Source of the DNA: an uncultured Candidatus Rokubacteria bacterium
GTDB taxonomy: Bacteria; Methylomirabilota; Methylomirabilia; Rokubacteriales; DASRDR01
Assembly (NCBI GenBank): GCA_963805625.1
Contig: CAWDVE010000017.1
Span: 1-64,000 of the forward strand
Length of the DNA stretch: 64,000 bases
Direction: 5' to 3'
The translations under genes were made by a program, and so were the position numbers. Under the pieces are notes generated by a model, which was not told the origin of the DNA, did not search any database, and saw only the letters and a list, made by a program, of their open reading frames with translations. Positions 1 through 10,923 of the stretch are shown piece by piece; the first letter of the stretch is position 1, and each line of letters starts with the position of its first letter.

Positions 1-226
1 TTGGCGTCGCCTGCTCATGGTGCGCGACGATATGGGCCCGAATGCTCTCCGAGCGGTCGTCGTCCATGATTCGTTCATGCGGGCGCTCCACCCATTTCTG
101 TCCGAGCACTTCGCCCGGGTGGTCTACGACTGGCGTCGCCAGCCGGACGTGCGCCTCATCGAGGCCGAGCGCCCTGATGTAGTGATCCACGAGATTGCCG
201 AACGCTTCCTGATGGGCCCGCCGTGA
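1..226 (+). CDS. C-terminal end of an AlgJ/AlgX (SGNH/DHHW)-like O-acetyltransferase-related protein, partial
   Basis: VVVHDSF...PFLSEHFARV...ERPDVVIHEIAERFL resembles AlgJ/AlgX-like C-termini; the gene runs off the window start. Confidence 0.5.
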   Translation, partial: WRRLLMVRDDMGPNALRAVVVHDSFMRALHPFLSEHFARVVYDWRRQPDVRLIEAERPDVVIHEIAERFLMGPP

Positions 227-468
227 CCGGTCAATGTCCGCCATCGACGCTGGCAGTGGATCCCTCCGTTGCAGGAGGCCGCCGTGGCGTGAACGCCTCC
301 TGACCGCGGTCGGACTCGCCAGGCTCGTGAGTACCCCGAGACACGTCGCTGTGTTGCCGGCGCTGACGGTCCAGCGTTAGGGGTCGACGGAGTGAGCGTC
401 CGCTACGATTCCGACCGGGAGGGCGCCCATGCGGCGAAGCGGTTCCGGGACGATTTTCCCATGAACGC

Positions 469-830
469 TCACAGCGAGCCGGCGACCCGCCGGGCGGTGG
501 CCTCGTGCGTCTTCTGGATCTCGGCTGCGACGCGCTCGATCACCGCACGCTCCTCGCTCGACGTCCTCGGCCCGAGCCCGAGGATCCCGCCCGAGGCCGC
601 GGCGATCTCCTCACACGCCGCAACGAGGTCCCGCGATGCCACCCGGCGCTTGTCCTCGGTCATGAGGGCCAGGAGGTCGTGCATCACGGTTCTCGCCCGC
701 CCGAAGAGCACGGGGTCGGGCTGGTTCCCGAGCCACCCGAGTAGCTTCCTGTGCGCCGGCGACCCGTCCGTGATCCTCGCGCCCGTGCCATCTCGAGGAT
801 CCCCGCGCGCTCCTTCGGCGACACTGACCC
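469..830 (-). pseudogene. Truncated, frameshifted TerB-like/hypothetical protein
   Basis: GSVSPKERAGILEMARARG joins ITDGSPAHRKLLGWL...AASGGILGLG only through a 1-nt shift near 775; no 5' part. Confidence 0.4.
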
Positions 831-885
831 GAGGGTAGACCAGTGAGCCGCTGGAGTGCCCGCGAATGCCCCCATGACGGGCACG

Positions 886-1293
886 TCAGCGACCAACGGA
901 CGGGGGCGCGACGGGACCGCGGGCTTCGGGGACCGGTGGGGGCTGCGGCTCGAGCGCCCGGCACGGCCCGAGGATCGTCATCAGGACGACGCCGCGGCGC
1001 GCGTCGCGTGGACCCAGGCGCGCCGCGACCTTGAGGCGCGGGGCGCCTGGCGGCACCTCGGTGGGCACCCGGGGAGTCTCCCGCCGCGGCCGATCGCCGC
1101 TCACGCCGGTCCGCGCGGTCTGGATGGCGCGTGGCCGAGTTTCCTGAGCGGGGGTCTGCGGCGCGACGGGCTCGAACTGGCCCGCCCGGGCACCGTCGCT
1201 CCGCCGCCGCCAGAGCGTGAGCAGGAAATTGAGCAGGGACACGAGCAGGAACACGGCCAACAGGAGAAGCTGTGCCGGCGACCACGTCCGCAT
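886..1293 (-). CDS. Single-TM hypothetical protein, third gene of the nfeD-floA operon
   Basis: N-terminal hydrophobic helix; RRGVVLMTILGPCRAL tail; GGAG RBS directly after the floA stop. Confidence 0.6.
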   Translation of the reverse strand: MRTWSPAQLLLLAVFLLVSLLNFLLTLWRRRSDGARAGQFEPVAPQTPAQETRPRAIQTARTGVSGDRPRRETPRVPTEVPPGAPRLKVAARLGPRDARRGVVLMTILGPCRALEPQPPPVPEARGPVAPPSVGR

Positions 1294-1309
1294 CGGTCTC
1301 CTCCGGCGG

Positions 1310-2296
1310 CTACTTCTTCTCGCGGGGTGGGGACGGCGCCGCCTCTCCCGGCGCCGCGATCGCCTCGCGCATGGTCGTGTCCGCCTGGACGTTCTTCATG
1401 CGGTAGTAGTCCATGATCCCCAGGTTGCCCTGACGGAAGGCCTCGGCCATGGCTCGCGGCACCTCGGCCTCCGCGGCGACGACCTTCGCCCGGTTCTCCT
1501 GCTCCTCCGCCACGGCCATGGCCCGCCGCTCCTCGGCCTTCGCCTGCGCGATCTGCTTGTCCGCGTTCGCCTGGTCGATCTGGAGCTTCGCGCCGATGTT
1601 CTCGCCCACGTCGACGTCGGCGATGTCGATCGACAGGATCTCGTAGGCCGTCCCGGCGTCCAGCCCCTTGGAGAGCACGTGCTTGGAGATGTGATCGGGG
1701 TTCTCCAGCACGTCCTTGTGGCTGGCCGCCGAGCCGATCGTGCTGACCATGCCCTCGCCGACCCGGGCGATGACGGTCTCCTCCCCCGCGCCGCCGACCA
1801 GCCGGTCGATGTTGGTCCGGACGGTCACCCGCGAGACGGCGATGAGCTGGATCCCATCCTTCGCCACGGCCGCGATGCGGGGCGTCTCGATCACCTTGGG
1901 GATCACCGACATCTTCACCGCCGCCAGCACGTCCCGGCCGGCCAGGTCGATGGCCGCGGCCCGCTTGAAGGGCATGGTGATGTTCGCCTTGTCTGCCGAG
2001 ATCATGGCATTCACGACGTTGACGACGTTGCCGCCGGCCAGGTAATGCGCCTCCAGATCGTTGACGGAGATGGCGAGCCCCGCCTTCACCGCGCTGATGC
2101 GGGCGGTGACGATCGTGCCGGGGGGCACGCGCCGCAAGCGCATCCCGACGAGTGTGAACAGGCCGACGTACGCTCCCGAGGCGAACGCGGCGACCCAGAG
2201 CCCGAGGGGAATCAGGTAGAGGAGGAGAGCGAGCGCCGCCACGACCAAGATGAGGAGCGCGACGACTCCGAAGGCGCCGGTCTCAATGCCGATCAT
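1310..2296 (-). CDS. floA: Flotillin-like protein FloA (YqfA family)
   Basis: [42 protein letters not shown] and GNLGIMDYY motifs. Confidence 0.93.
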   Translation of the reverse strand: MIGIETGAFGVVALLILVVAALALLLYLIPLGLWVAAFASGAYVGLFTLVGMRLRRVPPGTIVTARISAVKAGLAISVNDLEAHYLAGGNVVNVVNAMISADKANITMPFKRAAAIDLAGRDVLAAVKMSVIPKVIETPRIAAVAKDGIQLIAVSRVTVRTNIDRLVGGAGEETVIARVGEGMVSTIGSAASHKDVLENPDHISKHVLSKGLDAGTAYEILSIDIADVDVGENIGAKLQIDQANADKQIAQAKAEERRAMAVAEEQENRAKVVAAEAEVPRAMAEAFRQGNLGIMDYYRMKNVQADTTMREAIAAPGEAAPSPPREKK

Positions 2297-2299
2297 GGT

Positions 2300-3688
2300 T
2301 CAGTCCTTTCCGCGAAGGTGCCGCACGACGATCCGGTTGCCGTCCACCCGGACGACGGTGAGCGGCTCCCCCGCGTCGATGAACTCCCCGTCGGAGACGA
2401 CATCCACCCGCTCGCCCTCGATGTCGGCGATCCCGGCCGGTCGCAATGGCGACGCCGCCGTCCCGCGCTTGCCGAGCCAGGCGCGGTCCGTCTCCGGTGC
2501 GGACGCGAAGCCCTCGTGGGCCGTGAGCTCGGTCTCGAGGACCAGCCGGCGGCCGAACGGGAGGCGCGGGAGAACACGCAACAAGGCCAGGGACACCGCG
2601 AGGGCCAGTAGGAGCGATGCCGCGACCTGCCCGACGGCGGTGGCCACGACGGCCCACGTCGCCCCCGCGCCGACGAGGCTCAGTCCCAGGCCGCCGATCA
2701 GGGCGGCGAGCCCGAGAACCCCGGTGACGCCGAAACCCGGCGTGACGAAGACCTCGATCGCCAGGAGGACGAGGCCGACGCCGACGAGCAGGAGCTCCTC
2801 CCATCCGGCCAGCCGCACCAGCCAGTGGCCCCAGAAGAAGAGGGCGAGGCAGGCGGCGCCGAGCGAGCCGGGCATGCCGAAGCCGGGCGTCCGGATCTCC
2901 ACGATGATCCCGAGGATGCCGATCGTCATCAGGAGCGAGCTGACCACCGGGTGGGTCAGGAAGCGCACGAGCGTTTCGGCCCACGTCTGCGTCGCCCGGC
3001 GCACCTCCGCGCCGGCGAGGTCGAGGGACGCCAGGACGGCGTCGACGTTGTCCGCGCGGGCATCCGCGAGCTTGTGCTGCAGGGCCTCCTGGGTCGTGAG
3101 CGTCAGAAGCTTCCCCTTGGCGATGACGCCGGGAATTGCCACGTCGGCGTCCACCATCGCCTCGGCGAGCAACGGCGGCCGCTTTCGGCTCTCGGCTGTC
3201 GCGCGGAACTCCTTGCGCATGTAGGATACGGTCTTCTCCGCCACGGGTTGCGCCGGCGCGCCGGGCGCGCCGAGCTCCACGGGGGTGGCCGCCCCGATCG
3301 TCCCGCCGTCGGCCATGACGATTCGCTCGGCGGCGAGGCTGATGAGGGCCCCGGCCGAGATGGCGCGCTTGTTCACGAACGCGACCGTCCGGACCTGGCT
3401 GCCGAGTAACGCGTCCCGGATCAGGACGGCGGCATCCACGCGCCCCCCGAACGTGTTGATCTCCAGGATCACGGCGGCGGCACCGGCCGCGGCGGCCTCG
3501 TCCAGGACGCGCCGGACGAAGGGCGCGAGCCCGAGATCGATGATTCCATCAATGGGTGCCAGATACACCACGGGCCGTGGAGACTGGGCACGTGTGGGGC
3601 CGCTCGGTATGAGCACGACAGCCAGCCCGAGCATGGCCAGCCGCCATCCCCGGGCTACACTCCAGCGCGGTTGCTGCGCCCCAGCCAT
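2300..3688 (-). CDS. nfeD: Long-form NfeD membrane-bound serine protease (YqeZ-like)
   Basis: ClpP-like INTFGGRVDAA...AISAGALI, TM block, C-terminal OB domain LRPAG...VDVVSDGEFI; lies upstream of floA; start approximate. Confidence 0.9.
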   Translation of the reverse strand: MAGAQQPRWSVARGWRLAMLGLAVVLIPSGPTRAQSPRPVVYLAPIDGIIDLGLAPFVRRVLDEAAAAGAAAVILEINTFGGRVDAAVLIRDALLGSQVRTVAFVNKRAISAGALISLAAERIVMADGGTIGAATPVELGAPGAPAQPVAEKTVSYMRKEFRATAESRKRPPLLAEAMVDADVAIPGVIAKGKLLTLTTQEALQHKLADARADNVDAVLASLDLAGAEVRRATQTWAETLVRFLTHPVVSSLLMTIGILGIIVEIRTPGFGMPGSLGAACLALFFWGHWLVRLAGWEELLLVGVGLVLLAIEVFVTPGFGVTGVLGLAALIGGLGLSLVGAGATWAVVATAVGQVAASLLLALAVSLALLRVLPRLPFGRRLVLETELTAHEGFASAPETDRAWLGKRGTAASPLRPAGIADIEGERVDVVSDGEFIDAGEPLTVVRVDGNRIVVRHLRGKD

Positions 3689-4015
3689 GATCACGGCCTC
3701 TCGGTGGGCGGCGCCAATATCGCGCGCCTTCGGCACCGGCGGGCAGGCGCGTCGGGGCGCGAGAGGACGGCTTCGGGCGACCTGGTCATCCGGTTCGCGT
3801 CCTCTCCCGAACGGCGCATGGTCAAGTCTCTCCTGCCGGCCGGGCAGACATCTACGCCTTTACCTCGATCGGATGCCAGGCTGGCACGCTGGAAGCCTCC
3901 GCCTCCCGCAGGAGACGCGGGACGAGGGAGGAGTCGCGGATGGTCCCCTCAGGAATCATAGCCGAGTCCCGCTCCACCCAGCAAGCAGGGCCCGCCGGTC
4001 GAGGATGATGCACGG

Positions 4016-4490
4016 GTCGTCGACTGGCGGCAGCTCCGGCGCTGGGGCCTCGACGAGCGACGGTTGCCGCCCGGCACGCGGGTGCTCTACCGCGAACCGA
4101 CCTTGTGGGAGCAATACCGCTGGGGGATTGTCGCGGCGCTCGGGCTCATCGTCAGCCTCGCGCTCGTCGTGGCGGCGCTGCTCTTCGAGCGGGGCCGTCG
4201 GCGGCACGCGCAAGTCGCGCTCGAGGACCAGTTGCGTTTCGAGACGCTGCTGCCCGAGATCTCCGCAGGTTTCGCCGACCCGGCAGGCGTGCTGCGGGAA
4301 CCTGACCGAACATCCCGTTCGGCGACCAGCGTCGACGAGCAGGTCCGCGAAGGCCTCCGCAGGATCGCCCAAGGGCTCGGTGCAGAGGGCGCAAGCCTCT
4401 GGCGGTTCTCGACCACCGGAGCGTCCATCACCGTCTCCTGGACGCAAGAGGGGTTCAGCCCACCGCCCGCTGAGGTTTTGGTCGATGACA
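4016..4490 (+). pseudogene. Orphan fragment of a sensor protein paralog (end of periplasmic domain, TM, start of GAF)
   Basis: DWRQLRRWGLDERRLPPGTRVLYREPTLW...; DNA nearly identical to about 5507-5897. Confidence 0.6.
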
Positions 4491-4533
4491 CTATGCCAGA
4501 GTCGACCCGACATTCGGGGGACCGTATCTCGCG

Positions 4534-7381
4534 ATGAGGATCTGGGGTGGCTTGTCGGTCGGACTGATTCTCCTGGCGCTCTCTGCAAGCTCAGCAGGTG
4601 GGGCGGACGCCCAACGCGTCCTCATGGTCCATTCCTTCGGGAGCACTGCTCCCCCGTTTACGACCCACTCCACTGCTTTCGCGACCGCGCTGACCCAGGA
4701 GATGGGGAAGCGCATCGATCTCGACGAGGTTTCGTTGGACATGGCGCGCTACGCGCAGCCGGACATGGAGGAATCGTTCGTCGAGTTCCTGCTCAAACGC
4801 TTGGCGAAGTGGCAGCCGGATTTGGTGGTGCCGGTCGGAGCTCCCGCGGGCCGGTTCGTGGCGAAGTATCGGGAACGCCTGTTTCCGGAGACGCCCATCA
4901 TCTATATGGGGATGGACCGTCGGACGTTGCCATCCGACGCTCTCCGGACAAAGGCCACCTTCGTCGGGGAAGACATCGATCTTGTCGGCATAGTCGAGGA
5001 CATGCTCCAACTGGCGCCTGACACGAACCACATTGCGGTTGTGTTAGGAGCTTCGCAGCTCGAACGATACTGGACGGGCGAGCTCCGCCGCGCCGTTGAG
5101 CCATTCACCAAGCGCGTGAGCTTCACCTGGCTGAACGACCTGTCATTCGACGAAATGCTCGGTCGGGTTGCGAAGTTGCCCCCGCGCTCCTTCATCTTCC
5201 TCGGATTGCTCCTCAGGGATGCGGCGGGTGTGACTCACAATGAAGATGACGCGCTCAAAAGTCTCCATGCAGTCGCCAATGCGCCCATCAATGGCGTCTA
5301 CCAAGACCAGCTCGGCCTGGGGATCGTCGGAGGTCGCCTGTACCAGGCCGAAGCCCAGGGGGTGGAAGCGGCCCGCGTCGCCGTTCGCATCCTGCGCCGT
5401 GAACCGGTCTCGAATTTCCCACCGCAGCTGATTGGCCCGGGAAACCCGCGCTACGACTGGCGGGAGTTGCAGCGCTGGGGCATCAGCGAGGCCCGGCAGC
5501 GATGTGCGCTACCGAGAGCCAACCCTGTGGGGGCAATACCGCTGGGAGATCATCGCGGCGCTCGGGCTCATCGTCAGCCTCGCGCTCGTCGTCGCGGCGC
5601 TCCTCTTCGAGCGGCGCCGTCGGCATCACGCGCAGACCGCGCTCGAGGACCGCCTGCGTTTCGAGACGCTGCTGACCGAGATCTCCGCAGGCTTCGCCCA
5701 CCCGCCAGGCGGCGTGCTGCGGCAGCCTGACCGAACACCCCGTCCGGCGACCAGCGTCGACGAGCAGGTCCGCGAAGGCCTCCGCAGGATCGCCGAATGG
5801 CTCGGTGCAGAGGGCGCGTGCCTCTGGCAGTTCTCGACCAGCGGAGCGTCCATCGCCGTCTCCTGGACGCAAGAGGGGTTCAGCCCACCGCCCGCTCAGC
5901 TTTCGCTCGATGACTGCCCTTTCATTTGGACACGGGTGATACGGGGAGAGACTCTGCAGTTCCGGAGTCTGGACGAGCTGCCACCCGACGCGAACGTAGA
6001 CCGGCAGAGTTTCCTCCGACACGGGGTCCGGTCGTGGGTCGCGGTCCCGCTAGAGGTTGGCGGCGCGGGGTCTCGCGTGAATGCCGGTCTGACGCTTCGG
6101 AACGGAAAGGCCTGGCCAGACGACGTCGTCCAGCGGCTCCGGACGGTCGGAGAGATGTTCGCAGGGGCGCTGGCCCGGGCCCAGGCAGAGGCCGCGCTGA
6201 GCGAGAGCGAGGCCCGGTTCCGCTCCATGGCCGACACCGCGCCCTTCCTCCGGCGCCATGCTGACTACTTCCTGGCGTACACGGCGGCCGCCGAACCTGG
6301 TCTGATCGGAGCGCGCCAGGGCGCGTGGCTGGATCGCATCGAGAGAGAGCACGACAACCTGCGCGTCGCGCTGCACTGGTTCGCGCGGCACGGGGCGGCC
6401 GATGGCGGCTTGCGCCTCGCCGCGGCGCTCAGGAGATTCTGGCGAGCCCGGGGATACCTGACCGAAGGCCGCGAGCGAATGGCGGAGCTGCTCTTACTGC
6501 CAGGGGCACGCAACCGCACCGTCTCACGCGCCAAGGCCCTGCACGCGGCGGGCTGGCTGGCCAGCCAGCAGGGCGACTATGCCGAGGCACGAGCCCTGTT
6601 CGAGGAGAGTCTCGCCATCTGTCGAGAGCTGGGTGACGCGCGGGGCAGCGGCTGGGCACTCGTCGATCTCGGGTTCCTGACGCGTTATCAAGGCGACTAC
6701 GTCGCCGGCCGGGCGATTCTCGAGGAGGCGCTGACCCTGCTTGACCCGGCACGCGATGTCGAAGGGATGGCCGCTGCCCTCGGCAACCTCGGCATGGTCG
6801 CGCGAGATCAAGGCGACTACGACGAGGCCGAGACGCGGCTGGAGCAGAGCCTCGTCCTCTGGCGCGACATCGGGGATCGAGTCGGCTTCGGCTGGACACT
6901 CACGGCGCTCGGGATGGTTGCTCGTGCTCAGGGCAAAAGAGATCTGGCAGCCAGACGTCTGCAAGAGAGCCTGGACGTCTGGCACGAGGTCGGCGATCGC
7001 CAGAACACCGCGAACGTGCTGAACACGCTGGCGGCGCTCGCCCGCGACGAGGGGCACTACGAGACGAGCCGCCGCCGGTTGTCCGAGAGCCTCGAGATCC
7101 TCGAGGACATCGGAGATCGACGGGGCATCGCCTTCGTGATCGAGGGCTTCGCCTGCCTGGCGGCGGCGGAGCATCAGGCGGCGCGCGCGGTTTCGCTCGC
7201 CGCGGCCGCCGCCGCACTCCGGCGCATCATCGGCGCTCCGCCGCCGCCGGCGTGGCGTCTTGAGGTGGGGCGCAGCATCGAGACCTCGCGAGCGATCCTC
7301 TCGCCCGATGCCGTCGAGAAAGCGACCGTGAGCGGCCGCGCGATGACGCTGCCGGAGGCGATCACGTTGGCGCGCGGGTAG
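4534..7381 (+). pseudogene. Frameshifted chimera: periplasmic ABC-substrate-binding-like sensor + TM + GAF fused to the TPR C-terminus of a STAND/AfsR-type ATPase
   Basis: Frames 4534..5730 and 5432..7381 join near 5495; SESEARFRSMADTAP (PAS entry) runs directly into RRHADYF...WLDRIEREHDNLR and TPR repeats. Confidence 0.65.
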
Positions 7382-7553
7382 AGTCCGGCGTCTTCGGCGA
7401 AGCGCAGCCCGGCCGCCTCACTTTTCACGCCGCGCTGCCACCGAGCGACGACGGAACACCGACCCTGGCTGACCGGCCTTGCGAGGGTATTCCTGGACAG
7501 ACTCTGATGGCCCTCACCAAGGCGTTGGCGGCTGATCCAACTGACATCCCGGT

Positions 7554-8234
7554 ATGAAGATGGTCCGCATTCCGAAGGCGATGCTGGCAGCCGGCCTCCT
7601 CTACGCCGGTTCTGCCCTGGGGCAGACCCCCACGACCAATGCCCAGACCGCCACCAATGCCGTGACCGCGACGATCCAATCTGAAGCCGAGCGCACATGG
7701 TCCTTTGGCTTCTCGGCCTCCGTCTACATGGTGCCGGACAGCCGCGAATACGTGCAGCCGACGCTCACGATAGATCGAGGCTGCCTGCATCTGGAAGGGC
7801 GCTACAACTATGAGGCCCTCGACACGGGCTCGGCCTGGATCGGCTACAACTTCGGCATCGGCGACACGCTGAAGTTTGCGCTCACCCCGATGCTGGGCGG
7901 AGTGTTCGGCGACACCACCGGGATCGCGCCGGGCGACAAAGCCTCGCTGAGTTGGTGGAAACTCGCCCTCTACACCGAGGGCGAGTATGTGTTCGACACC
8001 GGCAATACGTCCGACAACTTCTTCTATACCTGGTCAGAACTGAGCCTGACGCCCACCGACTGGTTCCGCTTCGGCGGCGTGGTTCAGCGGACGAAGCTCT
8101 ACGAAACCGAGTTTGACATCCAGCGTGGGTTCCTCGTGGGCTTCTCCTACAAGAACGTCGATCTGACCGGCTACGTCTTCAACCCGTTCGAAGGCACACC
8201 GACGTTCGTGATCGTTGCGGGCGTGAGCTTTTGA
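7554..8234 (+). CDS. Putative outer-membrane beta-barrel protein
   Basis: Signal peptide, aromatic-rich beta strands, C-terminal Phe (GVSF). Confidence 0.7.
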   Translation: MKMVRIPKAMLAAGLLYAGSALGQTPTTNAQTATNAVTATIQSEAERTWSFGFSASVYMVPDSREYVQPTLTIDRGCLHLEGRYNYEALDTGSAWIGYNFGIGDTLKFALTPMLGGVFGDTTGIAPGDKASLSWWKLALYTEGEYVFDTGNTSDNFFYTWSELSLTPTDWFRFGGVVQRTKLYETEFDIQRGFLVGFSYKNVDLTGYVFNPFEGTPTFVIVAGVSF

Positions 8235-8720
8235 ATCATGGTTACCCTCAGCATCTTCTTGGGCGGGGGCATCTATCGAGAGCGTCGGCCTTCTGATCCC
8301 AGCGCCCGATGAAGCACGGTAGACCGGAACGTGGCTCTCGGGCAACAAGCTCGAGAACCTTGAGCAGACCCGTGGAGCTGATCTCCTGACCCTCGAGCAG
8401 CCGCAGGTCGTATGAGTCGGCCACGAGGTAGTCAGTTGCGACCTCCACGCGGTTCGTCCTAAACGCCTTCCCGTCCTTCTTCGCGACCACGCCCTTGTCC
8501 AGCCTCAGTCTCCCCCTCACGTTTGCCCCGCGTGGGCCGCGCAGTCGGTCCTTCTTCGCGCCGACGCCTGGCCCCGAGCTGTCGCTTACCTGTCGCTTAC
8601 GCCGTCGCCAGACGGCCATATTTCGGCCCCTACTCGGCCGCCGCATGAGGCGACGATACGCCAACAATGGCGTGGCATAAGTTGCGATGGCGCCGCGCCA
8701 TTCTTCGACAACCCCTACGT

Positions 8721-8765
8721 CTTCTAAGTCGTGGGTCGGGGGTTCGAGTCCCCCCAGGCGCGCCA
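8721..8765 (+). repeat. tRNA-Arg(TCT) 3' half, att-site scar copy 1
   Basis: CTTCTAA anticodon loop, GGGGGTTCGAGTCCCCC T-arm, acceptor strand ending GCGCGCCA; no 5' half. Confidence 0.85.
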
Positions 8766-8934
8766 AAACACTAGCTGTGACAGACACTTAACCTGCCTCG
8801 AGGTTTGTGCCTGTGGGGTTGAAGCGTCCGCTGGAATGGGCCGTTGCTCGCCGCCTGCATGACGCGAGATTGTCTCCGGATCGGAGCTGAAAGATCAACC
8901 TCTTGCCCGCCGGACGGGGTTTTGGCGAAGGACA
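8721..8934 (+). repeat. 214-bp direct repeat (tRNA-Arg 3' half + spacer + IS481-like terminus), partner at 19800-20013
   Basis: Near-identical by eye, about two substitutions. Confidence 0.9.
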
Positions 8935-9129
8935 GCGTCCGGATTCGACGGGCAGCACGTCGGACGGGACCACCCCGTGGCCGACGGCGACGTCGTCGAG
9001 CTGCATACCTGAGCGTCCCGGACCCGGGGACTTGCGGAGCGTCCTATAATTGCCGACAAAAACGCCTCCGAGACCCCGGAGGTCAGCCTTCTCAGAGCGG
9101 GCATATGCTTACAGTCGGAGTCCCGCTCG

Positions 9130-9402
9130 ATGATGCCCCCCTTCCGGCGCGACTGGTCGATCCGCCTGGGACGCCTTCGGCTCTTCAGCGTGCCATGGTA
9201 CTGGGATCGGGTCCGCGAGCGCCTCACCGGCTGGGCGGCGGACCGGACGACGGCGCCGCCTCGTCGAACTCACCAACACTATTGCGAGGGGTGTGACGGC
9301 CACTGGGCGCACGAGGGGCAGATGTGTGCGCAGCAGTGGGCGTGTCAGTGCCCAGCGTGTCGACCCCCGAAGACACAGGAACCGATGCCCCGAGCCGGTT
9401 GA
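9130..9402 (+). CDS. Small hypothetical protein with Cys/His cluster
   Basis: HQHYCEGCDGHWAHEG..C....ACQCPAC. Confidence 0.35.
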   Translation: MMPPFRRDWSIRLGRLRLFSVPWYWDRVRERLTGWAADRTTAPPRRTHQHYCEGCDGHWAHEGQMCAQQWACQCPACRPPKTQEPMPRAG

Positions 9403-10526
9403 CGCCAGACCGCCCCTCACTCGTGGGCGGGTTCATGCCGCTGTAGAGCGGGTTGCCGGGCCGCTCCCTGCACGACGGCCTGGAGGACCCCGGAAGCCGG
9501 TCCTCTGGCAGCGGCGGAGTGGACGCTTGCAGGCGGTCCGCTCGAGAAGTGGCCGAGCGCTCAACCATCCGCACGGCTGGAGGCGCGTCTCCGAAGACGT
9601 CGAAGCTCGCGACCGTCTGCTCCCGACTGAGTCGGCCTTCGCGAAGCAGCTCGCGAAGCGCGGGATCGGTCGCGGCGGCCATGAGCGTCCCGGTGAGACG
9701 ATTCCGGGCGGCTGCCGTCGTGGCGTGGCGGGCGCCCGTCACGTGCGCGAGACTCTCCTCGACCAAGGCCGCGATCGCATCCTGATAGGCCTTCGCCGCG
9801 ACCGACACGGCCGTCGGCGCGTGACCGAGCGGCGCGCGCTTGAGCTGGTCGGCCGTGGCGAGGAGTCGATCCACCGCCGCTCGATCCTGCTGCGCGGCCT
9901 GGTCGATCGCCAGGTTCTTTGGCAGCGCGCTGCGTGGTGAACAGCGAGCTATGTAACCGCAACGGCCGCGATCTGCTGGCCACGGCCGAGGCCCAGTTGC
10001 GCTAGTTTCACAACCACCACAAACGCGCTCTCCACGCCACCAGGATTGGTGGCGCCATACAGCGCGGGCGAGCGCCCAATTTGGTCGGCGGCTGGCGCCG
10101 AGGTCACGAAGGAGGCGAGACGCCCGGCGGGTGGGGCGGGGGTCTGGCGCGCTGGCGCTGCCCGTCCGCCTGCGGCGGGCGTCCTTCGCCGGGACGGTTA
10201 CGACGCGGGAGGAGCCTCCCGCGGAAGCGGCGGAACAGCAGTGAGCGCGGCCGGGAGATTGCCACCAAGACCAGTGGCGCGGCGACGGCAGCGGTAATGC
10301 CCGCGGTCATGGGGACTTGCACGAGCCGGGACCGGACACGGGTCCTGCTCGGGCTCAGGCGGGGTCGGTGGTAAGATCGCTCGAGCTCTGCGATGGTCTT
10401 GGCTCGACGGCGCAGAGACGTGAACCACCTGCCACGCCGCCGCCGGAACGAGCTCGGCCGGGATCCCGCCTGGCCCCGGGTGAAGGGGTGTCCTGCCTCC
10501 CTTCGGAGTTTCGTATATACCGAACT

Positions 10527-10923
10527 GTGTTCGAGTGGGACGCGCGGAAGGCCGCCGTGAACCGCGCCAAGTACGGAGTCTCATTCGAGGAGGCGGGGAC
10601 CGTGTTCGGTGACCCCCGTGCCTCGACGGCCCGGATCGGCGCCATTTGGCGAGGGAGTCGCGGTTTCTGCGACTGGGCCGGGCGGCGACGGGCCGCATGC
10701 TCGTGGTGGCCTATACCGTGAGGAGACGCGACAATGACGAGAGCGTCCGTATCATCAGCGCCCGCCGGGCGAGCCGCAAGGAGCGGGCCGCCTATGCGGC
10801 GGCGCGGGATTGACTTCTCCGACATCCCGGAGGCGTCCCCCGCACAGCTCCGGGCGATGCGACGAGTCGGGCGACCTCCTCTGGGCGCCGCGGCCCGACG
10901 ACTGATCGCGATTCGGATCGACC
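10527..10923 (+). pseudogene. Decayed brnT-brnA copy; brnT frameshifted, brnA cut by an IS
   Basis: About 10313-10923 matches 18943-19554 with small deletions; ends exactly at the IS terminus. Confidence 0.85.
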
